A stretch of 64,000 bases of DNA, taken from positions 35,278,001-35,342,000 of the forward strand of contig CM022670.1 of NCBI GenBank assembly GCA_012295275.1, read 5' to 3'. Both the position numbers and the translations under genes were made by a program. This document shows positions 16,736 to 31,388 of this stretch, one piece after another; positions within the stretch are counted from its first letter, which is position 1, and each line of letters starts with the position of its first letter. A model generated the notes under the pieces. The model did no database searches, was not told the origin of the DNA, and saw only the letters and a list, made by a program, of their open reading frames with translations. Source of the DNA: Chrysomallon squamiferum. Taxonomy: Eukaryota > Animalia > Mollusca.

Positions 16736-16978
16736 TAATAATATTAATAGTTATTTATTTTGCTTTCCAAAAATAATCCTTTTTATGCCTCTCTCTTCCG
16801 TTTACCAAGCTTCAGACACCTGTCACAAATATTAACACTTATTAAAATAACTAACCATTATTAAAATAATTTCGTTTAGCTTAAAGCTACACTTTCACTC
16901 GTTCATGAAGTTGATTATTATCATTATTATTATTATTAATATCATTATTATTATTATTAATATTATTATTATTATTTA

Positions 16979-17013
<35 letters not shown>

Positions 17014-17020
17014 ATTATTA

Positions 17021-17063
<43 letters not shown>

Positions 17064-17317
17064 TAATTTAACCTCTGGGTAATACCTGCCCAACCCCCCG
17101 CCAGTCGCCTTTCAGTTCTTGTCAAATAACGGGAAGTACATCTAAATAAAAAAAAAAAACGGATCCTGGCAATCCTGATTAGTTCTTGCTGTGAAATTGA
17201 AAGTAATCGTAAAATATGTCCTCTGGAGATATTTATTTGTTATAAGACTATAATTTCACAGAGGTGATCTTTATTTCACTTCCTTATGGATTCCTTCTGG
17301 GTCATGGCGGTTTAGTG

Positions 17318-17356
<39 letters not shown>

Positions 17357-17469
17357 ACGTATTTTACTCTGAAGAGAGAAAAAATAAAATAAAAAAGAAG
17401 AAATAATAATTCTGAGAAGTTAAAATTGTAACAAAGTATCTCTCTCTCTCTCTCAGTCTCTCGTATACA

Positions 17470-17647
17470 TACATAAATGATAACACAACGAAACCATAAA
17501 TAGAAACTAAAACTGCGTTTTCTTATTAATCTCTGAAACTTGTATGCAATAATCGTTAGAACTCGGTAATCTTCGTTGTAATAAATCTATTTTTAGAAAT
17601 GACACACAGTCCTGTCAACATACAAGGAAATGCGTAAATCGAACGTT

Positions 17648-17725
<78 letters not shown>

Positions 17726-18210
17726 ATTTAAAAAAAAAAAAAATAATAATAATCTAACAAAATTTGTACACACGCATGCACATATAAACGATAACTTAAC
17801 ACGCAGAAACCATGAACAGCAAGTAACGGGATTCTTATTGATCTCTGAAACTTGTTGCACAATAATCGTTATAAATCGGTAATCTTCGTTGTAATAAATC
17901 TATTTTTAGAACTGATGCACAGTCGTTTCAACAACGAAACTGCGTAAATCGAATGTTGTCAGAGAAGAGAAAGAAAAAATGAAATGAAATAAAATAAAAT
18001 AAAATAAAATAAAATAAAAATGTCTCTCTTCTTTCTTTCGTACACAACACACGCGCACACATATAAACGATAATTTAACACACGGAAATCATGAACAGAA
18101 AGTAAAATTCGCTAGAATTCGGTAATCTTCGTTGTAATAAATCTATTTTTAGAACTGACCCACAGCTGTGTCAACAAACAATGGAGCTGCGTAAATCGTA
18201 CGTTGTTTGT
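17470..18210. repeat. Three diverged direct copies of a 150-180 bp unit separated by simple repeats
   Basis: tcggtaatcttcgttgtaataaatctatttttagaa.tgac.cacag..gtcaaca..tgcgtaaatcg.a.gttgt occurs at about 17563, 17876 and 18119. The spacers contain (GA)n and (AAAAT)n. Confidence 0.85.
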
Positions 18211-18650
18211 TGAAATAAAATAATAATAATAACGGTTTTGTTTTCGTTAGTGTGATTCAGTGAACTTTTATATTAAGCGTTATGAAATCTATTTTTAGAT
18301 ATGACACCATACGATCAACAGACGGAAGGCCACGTATAAATGACACGTTCGCAACGACAATAAAACGACCGAAACGTCAGAAGTACGTTTTGTGATTTCC
18401 ACAGTATATAAAGTAAGTAACAGAACATTTACCAGCATTCACTTTCAACGTTTGATGCGGAGAGGGAGGAGGCAGCCATCGAAAGGTAAGTCCTGATAAT
18501 ATTTTTTTTAATAATTAATTTACAAGCTGTCTGGCGTTACTTACAACTTAAACAGTTTACACTTGTCATTTCTGTGCATTATTTTCTTTATCAGGTTCAC
18601 TTGATTCGGACACGGAATGAACTTGCCGAAATGAAGACACGATCCATGTG

Positions 18651-18691
<41 letters not shown>

Positions 18692-18776
18692 TGTTCCGAG
18701 AAGATAACTAGGTTAATATAATCATGGCTAAACTACTACTACTAGTAGTATTACTACTACTACTACTATTTTTTAA

Positions 18777-18830
<54 letters not shown>

Positions 18831-21800
18831 AAATAATAAAAAAAAAAAAAAAAAAAAAAAAATACTAACATTAAGGAATTTTATAGTAGAATTTAATCAT
18901 CACATCTTCCAATAAATAACACGTAAAGTCAAACAACGACAACTGCAGCCATAAGAACGAAGGTAAATTATTACAATGCGTAAAGCACCACAAAATTACT
19001 ACGAAACAACGATAACTCACGAAAAGCCGGGGATGACATCTATACGTCGTTAAACGTAGACATGTACACGTATTATCAGTAACTCTCAAAGGAACTGTCT
19101 TACAACTAAACTCTCTCGCTCTCTCTCTCTCAGTCAAAGGGAGATTAATTAAGCTAACTACGATTTTCCCATTCAGTGGTGTCGGCATCTCCTGCGTCCT
19201 ATGATTTTCAATGTCGATATCTCTTTTTCTTTTTGTCACAGCTGCTGCCGATGTTTTGTGGCGTCCCAGACGAGTTCCGCAACTAACAAAACGCTCGTAA
19301 AAAAAAGATTACGACAGCGTGATTAATTCCCTTGATTCTGTATCACGCGTTCTGGAAATGTCGTTTAATTAAGCTTTAAAGCGTACGTGATGGTATGAGC
19401 ACGTAATCCGACTATTCCAGTTTTGTGGCAGTTGTTATATATCAGCAGTCTTTGTTAACAAGAAAGTATGACAGTAAAATAAGCGTTGGGTAATGTGTAT
19501 AAGCTGCCATTTACTATTATTATTTTTATCATTATATATGTATAGAAATACTTAAAATTTTTTTTTTTTATAGTAATCATATTTTACATACTAAAAGTAA
19601 AAAAAAGTAATTTAAAAATCAATCAATAAATAAACTAACAATAACAATAACAATAACAATAACAATAACAATAACAATAACAAAAGTAATAAAAGTAAAA
19701 CAACAAAAATCAAAGATTAGTTAAGATTTGCTTTTAAATGTTTTTGACTCTGAAAATTGTGAATTTCGGGAGGGAAGTTGGAGATGATACAGAAATATTT
19801 ACTACATAAGTGGAACTATGAAATATGTTGAATTAAATTATTTGGACATATGTTACAGAACTAAAGACTATAAATAAAAGTAAAACCTCTGAAAGATAAC
19901 ACAAAAATATAGGAATGCGGGGGTTGAAATGGTGTCGAAACTTTAAAAAGAAATCCATTACAAGTGCAAAATATCATCCCCAAAATCGTATGTATAATTT
20001 ACATTTTCATAGAATTAAAAAAAAGGAAAAACTAAAAAATATAAGATCATTTAAAATTTTAAATTAAAAAAGATAATAAAATAAAATAAAATAAATATAA
20101 TAATAAAAAAATGAAACAGAATTACAAGTTACAAATGGTAATGTTATAATCATAAAGCTGTCGAAATCAAATCGAGAAGAAAACGAATTTATATTGGTTT
20201 AACGAAGAACTGAACACGTTTTAATATCGACTGTTACACGACAAACGTCAGACACAGTGTTTGTGTAATGATGACAACTAAGTGAAAGGAAACGCCAACG
20301 ATTTTTACACACTGTTAAATAACAACAAAATTTGTATGACAAGAAATACTAGAATTCTGATGTGAACGTATTGCACACTACGAAAACCTAAGAAAGGAAA
20401 AACAACAATAACAAATCCTGGAGACTTGGGTAATTAGCTTATTAGACAATTTCCTGAAACCTCATTTGACGTCTTCCTGTTCTGGCGCTTCGTAAGTCTG
20501 TTGTCATGCGAACGTATGTGATTACAGCTTCAAAGATCAAGTAACATCAAGTAATATCAGCTATAAAGACGTGAATATGAAATAGGTGATTTGGAACAGG
20601 ATTTAGGTTCATTTTGTCAATTTCATTGATTTTTTTTTTTTTTTTTCTTTTTTTTTGGCCTACTCAAACTGCATACCTCCCATGGGTGGGAAAATAAAGC
20701 AAATTAGTTGGCTGTTTTGGGACAGAGATTCCTTCTGATTTTGATTTCATTATACCTTAACACAGATTTATCACAGCTGTAAGTCGAAGTCTATGTTTAT
20801 TAGATCTCATGGGGGTGGGGTGTTGGGGGGATGACTTTCAAATCTGCAAACGTCAGGAACGGAGTAGAACAAATTTGAAAATAGCGTAATGCGGGTTGGA
20901 CGTCGCCAGTAATGACGCACTGCCACGCAATGTTAAATCACTGTTCGAATATTTCTTGTATTCAGATGAATATCAGTTTTCTCCCGTAGGCGTGATCGAC
21001 AGGCTCAATTACTGAAACAAAACCCTGTTTGTTATCTCAGAACGAGCTGACTCTTCGGGGAGTGGATTTACCCAGTGATGTACGATGCTCAATACACAAA
21101 GAATAATATAAGTCGTTGTTTAAAATATTTACTCAAAATTTGACTTTCCCCGAAAACACGGCGATGCAAATAAGAGCAAATTATATTCATGCTAAGTCGC
21201 GTTAATTTGAAAAGATCAAATAATAAAACAAGAAACTATTTATATGAGGAATCCATCGACTTTATAGACTTTTTTCGCTTCTGTCTGGTTGGTTTTCTTT
21301 CCTTCACCAGTCCTTTATTTGATTCATCCATCGATATCTATTTGACAGTTCGACGTTGAACGAAATATAAAGAAAGTTAATAAAATCACAAATGTAATGG
21401 CATTAATTTAGCGATATACAGTTATATAAATATATTGTACATTTAATGTATGTATGTATATGTACGTATTTGTATGTATGTATTTGTACATATTTGTATG
21501 TGTGTATGTGTATATGTATATATGTATGGTATATATTTATGTATGTGTGTAAGTATGTGTATGTATGTATGTATGCATGTTTATATGTATGTATGTATAT
21601 ATTTTATGTATGTTTATATATATGTGTGTGTCGTACGTATGTATGCAAACATGTAAAACCTATGAATATTTGTATATTTAGAGAACCACAAACACGGGAC
21701 ATTTTACAGCCATTTTTATCGGGCTCCAAGTTTGAAAATATCCACGCAATGTAATTAATTGTAACAGTTACTATCGTGGTATTATTCAGGATAACGCTGC

Positions 21801-24646
21801 TGATTAAAAAAAAAAAAAAAAAAAAAGGTACCAAAGACACCACGTTCTTCAACGTCAGAAGAATACAAATAAAGTAAATACAAAAAATATAAGTAAACAC
21901 CTGTAGATTCAATAACTGTATCTCGAGAAACAAAATCAAATGCTTCACCGAATTTCTCACGTCAGATGCAGCTACTTGAAAAATGCGCTTAACAAACCAC
22001 AAATCATTATTGAACAAACAGGCGCAGTGTTAGGTAAGTCGGAACAGTCGTTTTTGATGGATGGAGTCTACCGTCTGGTTTCGTGTGTGTTATGGCTTCA
22101 GTGTGTTCTTCAGCTCAGTAATTTAGATGTCTTGTTCTTAGTCAAAATAAAGGCCTCGTGTTATTAGCAAAGTAGATCCGAATCACGGTGTCGAAAATAA
22201 TTAGTACTGACTGTTGTAATAGCGTGGTACTTAACTGGGCTAACTACAGACGACGCTAATTGAGTTTTATTGTTAAAGATATCCTGGAAAGTTTCAAATT
22301 GAGCAAGACTCAAAGTAAAAACGCCTAATAAGCTGAAACGTATTTTTTGATATTGTTACGTGTTGCTCGGTTTTCGCTTCAAATGCTAGATAATACTTAG
22401 AACGAACTGAAGCATACATACGGAAAGTCGTCGTTTTTAATAGAGGGATCATTTCCGAGAAAATAGAAAAAGAAAAGAGTACTAATTAATGAATCTTTCT
22501 TAAAATATCGTATTTATACTAATGAACTATACATCTATAGTAATCGGTTATAATTACTCTGTAAAATTATTATAATTTCATTAAAAAATCGTTATTTTCA
22601 CTCGTGTTACAGCATAACTCTCAATTACTTAATTTTATTTTACAGACAGTGACCAGAAACCTATTTCATTTCCAAAATTTTTCATTATTAAGCTGAACGT
22701 TTATGGACAGATAAATGATATCCGAAAACGTGTTTTCTCCATCAATGTGGTGGATATTCATTTCAAGATGAAATGATTTTTATATTAAAAAAAAAAAAAA
22801 AAAAAAAAAGAAGAAGAAGAAGAAGAAAAACATCTATCAGGATAAAACGAAAGGTAAAAAGATATATCTGACTGACGTAGGAATTCGGAACGCGTATTAT
22901 CAATCCAAGAATTTGTTTTATCAAAAATAAATAAATAAAAAGAAGAAGAAGAAGAAGAAACTATCAGATAAAAGACTGAACCGATCTACAGAATTTTATC
23001 TGTAGTTATTATTTTCAAATTACTTTTAGAACAAGAATTTGTTTTATGATTTTGTTTTTTGGCGAATATCAGTTTCATGTAAACAATTTTTAAAAAGTGA
23101 ATTAATGTAGTGTCAGATGAACACAGAAAATACATTACGCAGAATCTATAATTATTATCAAATTTCATTTCTATAACGGTTAAAGACGGGAAGTATTTTT
23201 CTTGTCCGGTTGGTTTTAGTAAATGAAACTTTTAATCATTGATAACCTTGCCCAAAAGTGCTTTGCTCTTCTCAGCGATGAAAACGTTAAATAATTATAA
23301 TCAAGTACGATAAGAGGACAAAATTAAAGTGGCTTATGCGGTGTGTTTGCTAAGATTAAGGATGCCTAAAAATCGCTCGAAGGCTAATATCTTAAATTAC
23401 GGTGAAGTGTCGAACATTTTTGGATTTCATTACAGCGTAGATGGGTTTCACTTACAGTTGAAGTCTGCTAAATGTATTATCGAGTTTTTATCAGTCTGAT
23501 TTCGAAACTGTCATAGACAGACATATCTAAACATTTTGACCGATTTGTTGTTGTTCAGTTTAGCTTGCTTTTAATGTTTGTCAAAGATGAACACAGGGAA
23601 ACTTATTAATGTGTTAACACTAGTGTGTCAGAATACTGTATTATCAGGTAAAATTAAATCAGTGTTAATAAAGTTGGCCTTAGAATTCTGGGCCTGAATT
23701 AGCCAATCAAGTTTGGAAAACTAAGTCAATGGCGTGTTTGCGTTTATCTGTGTCCGTTATAACTGAATTATAAACAGCTGGGAATGCATTCGCTTTAAAG
23801 ATTATAGTAACTCAAGTACGTTAAAATTATGACACTGTATGGTTATTAACGACGGGCCAATAGTTCACAATAACGTAATCATTAATAAAAGTAATGATAA
23901 ATACATTATTAATAAACTGGTTATTATCGATTTGTTATCTTAATTGTTTGTTTTATATATAAAAAAACCCAAAACAAATATGTTTCTTCAAAGTAGTTTT
24001 CTTTTGGTTTCAAATCAAAATGCTTGTAAAAAAGGATTGCTTAGCGATACCTGTATGTTTTTTGTTTGTTAAATCTGAGAATACGAAATACTTCAGTTTG
24101 TTTAGAAAGCCAAAACGAGCAGTGGTGGGTTCAACTCTCAGTTGTGGAAGATTTCCTTAATGACTTCCTTAATGAAAATCCATTTACGTTTTCAGATAGA
24201 AAAACATACCTAAGTGTCTGCAACTGTTCCAGCATCTAAACGTCCACGTCAATCTTTTGTAGATTAATGAACGCAAACACAATAGGACAGATCACGGGCG
24301 TACGTACGTCTATTATCAAATGTCAGCAGCTTTTATCGACAACATGACGGACTGCATCAACGACGTTGTGCAAACGTTTGTGATAAAAATACATCGACCG
24401 TTATTGCAAAAAAGCTTTCTGAATAAGAAACCACAGAGAAAAGAAAGAAATTAGGGTAAACAGTTTTAAGTAGTTTAGAAATATGTTTCTTCTATTTTGA
24501 TTTTGTCTGATTAGTTTCTGATGAGGGTATCCGCAGTGCACTGGTATCACAGGGAAATTAATAGTTTCTCCCACTGACTTCATAAAACAATGCGCCTTAG
24601 TTTGAAATAGTGTAGAGAGATTATAGGCTAGGACTTTTGTTTTTTT

Positions 24647-24731
<85 letters not shown>

Positions 24732-25254
24732 AAATATAGATATATAAAAAACATTTAAAACAAAAAGAATGAAACAATCCTCTATTAAATCGAGAACAAC
24801 ATCAATTAAATACTCATTCAGAGAATCATACATAGAGAGAGAGAGAGAGAGAGAGAGACGCACAAAAAACGACAACAACAATACAATAATTTCCATAACG
24901 TTTATACACACACCCGCTTGCCTACTGATAAAAATATATTAAAATGATCTAAACCATGCAGCCTTCTGTCTTTTGGGGCATTACTCAAAACAGGCGTGTT
25001 TTTTTTTTAATTTTTTATAAGAGATAATTATTATCAAGCACTCCGCTACGTTCTGTACAACACGAGAGTTCTTCTGTGTTACGTCTAACGTTCATCAAGT
25101 CAAATCAGGCGTACACGAGGGCAAAAAACAGGTGAGATAACTGACTCCAGTGACCGTTTACTGAACTGGCATCCATTTCTACGTGCGGTACAAAACACTC
25201 AGGCAGTCTCGCTCAATCGTGACCTACAAAACAGAGATGTCTTTCACTTCTGCT

Positions 25255-25288
<34 letters not shown>

Positions 25289-25451
25289 TACAGCTGGCGT
25301 TGCAGCCGTTTCATGTTGAAAATATTTGGCACCTTTGTTATCGGATAAACGAATTTGTTATGATAATAATGTGCCAAAAATAAATTAAATTATTTTTTTC
25401 CTTATCCCCCGCCGATTTCGATTTCATTCATTAATTTTTATTTTTGAAAAT

Positions 25452-25500
<49 letters not shown>

Positions 25501-26660
25501 GCGATATAATATTACTATTATTATTATTATTATTAATCTTTATAAAATTGCCTTAATCGGTTTAATGGTACAAAAATTCAGAAGAGGTCTTCGTGGCGGG
25601 TTTTCAAGATTCCCAAACGCCACGCATGCGTTACTTGCACTTCCGTTCTAGAAAAGCAAAATGAATGAAACGGGAAGACGAGTGATGGAAATGAGTTTTA
25701 GGAACTCTGGGTTAGCTAACATCCGTGATGTTCAGTTTGCGAAGAAGGACAGACATTTTAATAAACCGTTTTATTTTTTATTTTTTATTTTTTTTTACTG
25801 TTTTATTTCTATATCGATCAGAAGACGCTCTCAATGTGCACAGCAGAATGATTATTTTTAATACACTTACACGTATTACGGATAATCAAGAGATGCACGT
25901 ATCAATCGTGGCAGTCTCGATGCAGTTTTCAGCAGATCTGCTGTTACTGCTTTTGTTTACTGCGTTCGGTCACGACAAGTGTGTTTTAATTATTTTAATC
26001 AGTGATAAAGTAATGCTGTTTTACACGTTTGTTACATCCAGCTAACACAATTAGCGCTGCATTACGGAAATAAATTTGCGCATTTTACACAACAGCGCCT
26101 GACGGATTGATTTTTTTTTCTTTAAACTGTTTCTGCTCTGCCTCCAGGTTTTAATTTAAACCGTAAATAAATACATTCATTTGTCTTTTCATGACATTTA
26201 ATTGCCGTTGTATTTTTTTTGTGCTGAGGAATATTGTTCATTCATCCATCCATCCATCCATCCGTTCATTCACTCATTTATTCATTTTTTCTTTAAAAAT
26301 TATCTGACATTAAATTTTTCTTGCAATTATTTCTATATTCGCCCCTGAAATTTATTGTAGAATAAAATACGCTGGGGAAGTCGAAAATGCTCAGTCAGTT
26401 TCTTTCCAGTCATTATTTATGATTCAATTATTCGAGGTTTTCGTCGAGATATAATTCAAATTAAAGTAAAATTGCAGCAGAAAGACCTCGTTCTGGTAGA
26501 AGTCTTCAACCGCGAGTGATAATCACAAAATGCAGTTTACCATCTCGTAGCTGGGTAACGTAGTTTTACGTAACACTGAGGTGAAGTCATTCATCTTTGT
26601 ATCTTTTATTTTATGTAACCAAATAATTTTTCATCGTTCAAGTCAGGCGCGCATCCAGAA

Positions 26661-26693
<33 letters not shown>

Positions 26694-26695
26694 AG

Positions 26696-26752
<57 letters not shown>

Positions 26753-27962
26753 AAAGAAAAAGAAAAAGGAAAAAAAGGGAAAAAGAAAAAAAGAAAGAGT
26801 TAAAAAAAGACATAGATTTAGTTTGAATAACCCCAGTCAGCGGGGAATGATTAAAACACCAATGTTTAAAATGTCGACTCCTATCATACAAAGTGGATAA
26901 GCTACCGAGCTTTTAATTGAGCGAGAATATACATGTATATATATATATATATATATGGGTGGATGTGTTTCTGTCTATCTGTCGGTTGTTCTGACTGTCT
27001 GTTTAACTACCTATCTATGTAATATGCATGAAGAAACGAAATGAAAAAAATATTATTTTGAAATTTTTTTGAATTCCTGGAAAGCTTTTTTTTTTTTTTT
27101 TTAAATTAAGCAAAACTTATTTTGGTTATTATGAACTGGGTAAAGTTTTACCCCCCTTCGATTCTCCCCGATCCGCACCTCGCTAATAAACATTTTTATT
27201 CAGAGATAAATTTGAGGATACAGAAAACCAGACCCAGTCGCAAACAATAAAAAATAAATTACACACTTCTTAATTGCTTAGCTTATCAGCGCTTTGCTGT
27301 AGACATAAATCATCTATTCGATAAATTGAGTTTAACTTTTTACTTGCGTTTACAGAAATAAAATGTGTATATGTAATGTAAATTCCGCCATTTCTGATCA
27401 ACTCTTAACTTATGAATAGTGAAAACATAGAACAAGATTTTGACAAAAAAAAAAAAAAATGAGAGGATTTGTGCGACTTTAAATTCGTTCATTCTTAATA
27501 GAAAATTTAAAATATTGTTGAGTGCTTAAAGTTATTTTGCATATTGTTTCTGAACTTAATTATATGTTAAAGCTTAGTAAGAAGATTTAAAAAAAAAAAA
27601 ATAATACTAAAAAAATGATCCAGCTCTGTTTTACGTAAAATCATATATGCTATGACATAAACATTTATCAAAATTTAATCAGTATTTATAGCTTTCCTTT
27701 TTTACTTTTTCATCTTTTGGTATTTCAGTTTTAATATTCATTAAGTGTTCATTTCACATTAGACAAAAACAGATTAAATACTTGAAAATATATTATAACG
27801 AAAACTGTTTTAGAAATGAATGTGTTTTTAAAGGAAACTGGTACTTGCCTTTAATGCAGAAAACTCAGCATGTGTTAAAAATTTGAATCACATATTTGTA
27901 TTATAATGTATATAACACGAAAATACACTGCACACCCACCAAGACAGAGACACACGAACGCA

Positions 27963-28460
<498 letters not shown>

Positions 28461-28907
28461 AAAAAATCAGTCAACTTTACTTGAGAACTGGCTATTGCTT
28501 TATAAACAGTGAATCGATAAACTCACGAGAAATGTATGAACGCAGCTTGTCCTCTCAGCTGCTGCCGAGAGTTTAATAATTATTTGAAACAATAAGCTGA
28601 TCAATATAAAAAAAAAAACAGAACGCATGGACGAACAAGACTAATAAATGCATAACTACATTCGTAAATAAATAGAAAGTAACTGGAAAAAACCCAGACT
28701 CAGTTTGAAAGTCAAAACTGAAAAATTCAAACACTAATATTCAAATTCAATTTCAAACTATTATATTCATATTCGTATTCAAATTTAAAATCTCAGTATA
28801 ATTCATAATTTAAAAATTAAACTCAAAATAAATTTAAAAAAAAAAAAAGAAAAGAAAAGAAAAAACATAACGAAAAAGAAATACAGTGGCAAATTGTTTT
28901 TACTTAC

Positions 28908-29100
28908 CTTGTTTGTACACATCAGATAACATTGACTACCTATTTCGAAGCGTTTTGTTCTCGCTCTGTTGAAATTCCTGCCTTATCTTTCGACCCGAGT
29001 GACTGCGCCTGCGCAGTCTGAGCCTATCTGCGCTGGAAGGAGCCGATGTCTCACCGATTCACCACGGAATAGTGCGATGGGCGAGACCGATGTAAACAGT
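28908..29100 (-). promoter_or_regulatory. Candidate promoter and non-coding first exon, possibly of the GPCR gene
   Basis: Local CpG/GC-rich patch. Palindrome GACTGCGCCTGCGCAGTC (29001-29018) contains the NRF1-type GCGCCTGCGC. A consensus minus-strand donor AAG|GTAAGT follows 28908. The assignment to the GPCR is inference. Confidence 0.4.
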
Positions 29101-29124
29101 CTGTAAGTAAATAAACAAAGTTAG

Positions 29125-29857
<733 letters not shown>

Positions 29858-29875
29858 ATTTTAAGTGGAAGTATG

Positions 29876-29916
<41 letters not shown>

Positions 29917-31020
29917 GCATGTATGTATGTGTGTACGTATGTATATATACGTGTGTGTGTATGTAAGTATGTATAGGGCATATATATGAATAATATGTTT
30001 CTCTCTATCTCTCACTCTGTGTATGTGTATGTAAGTCTGTATGTGGGGGTGTTTATGTATGTAGGCGTAACTGTCTTTATCGCTTACATTTTCTCTGTTG
30101 GTCTACTTTTTAATTTCAGTCTCGTTCTCATTATCTTTCTCTCCTGCTTCTTTTCTTCTCAGCAGACGGAGCAATCAATGTCGCTCTTCTGTTGATGGCT
30201 TCAGTCATTTAATTTTACACAACTGAGAAACGCAATCCGCAGCAAATTGAAAACTCTCCACGGATATGCACAATAAAAAAATTTTTTTTTGTAAAAAATC
30301 ATCTTTAAATTTTAATGAAGATTTATCGATAGCTCTTCGTTCCGGATGCAACTCCGAGGTTATATCACTGAATAACATTTTTTTTAAATTAAAATTTAAA
30401 AAAAGTTAAAAAGTTTAAAAACAAATTAAATTAAAATAAAAAGGAAAATGAAACAAGAAAATAGATATTAATAGGTTATTATCCTACAGTGGAAAAACAA
30501 AAAACAAAAAACAAAAAAACATCAACAAAAAATCGAAAAAACCATTTTGTCCGATATGTTTATTGTGCTGTAGGGTTACCAAACATTAAACTGAGTTAAT
30601 TATTCGCGACATGAAAAGAAAAGCTAAGATGACGATCATCGGCTAATTTCGATTATTTTCCAGTGCTCGCAACCGTATATGATATCGCAGGATTAAGAAG
30701 ACAGAATTTCTTGGAGACACAAGAAAGTTATTCGATTGATTTCTTGGGGTTTCAAATGGTTGATAGTAGTACGTTGTCTTGAAGAGTAATATTCTGTGAT
30801 CGATTCCTGCTTTATTACGAAGAGTGAGTTACACAGAACGCCGTGCTGTATGGTTTTCTCTCAAACGTGATTAGGTTACTATTGAAGGGAAAAGTTCTTC
30901 TTGCGTCGTTGAACCGTTATTATCATTTTCATAATCACCATCAGAGCTAACATCATCCCAGTGATCTGATTATCTCCTTAATCATCATCATCATCATCTG
31001 TTGACGACCTACTCGGCGCT

Positions 31021-31388
31021 ATTATCATATTACAACCACAACCAAAAGTTCAACATGGCGGAATTATCATATTACAACCACAACCAAAAGTTCAACATGG
31101 CTGAATTATCATAGTATAACCACAACCAAAAGTTCATCATGGCGGAATTATCATGTTATAACCACAACCAAAAGTTCAACATGGCGGAATTATCATGTTA
31201 TAACCACAACCAAAAGTTCAACATGGCGGTATGATCATATTATAACCACAACCAAAAGTTCAACATGGCGGTATGATCATATTATAACCACAACCAAAAG
31301 TTCAACATGGCGGTATTATCATATTATAACCACAACCAAAAGTTCAACATGGCGGTATGATCATATTATAACCACAACCAAAAGTTCA
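31021..31388. repeat. Minisatellite, 42-bp unit x about 8.8
   Basis: Unit ATTATCATATTATAACCACAACCAAAAGTTCAACATGGCGG(A/T), head to tail with no spacers. Confidence 0.95.

Noticed and set aside
31021-31388. CRISPR-like appearance of regular repeats of about 40 bp (also 49580-50780 and 56560-56734)
   Set aside because: The units are head to tail with no unique spacers, there are no cas genes, and the context is eukaryotic and intron-rich. These are minisatellites.
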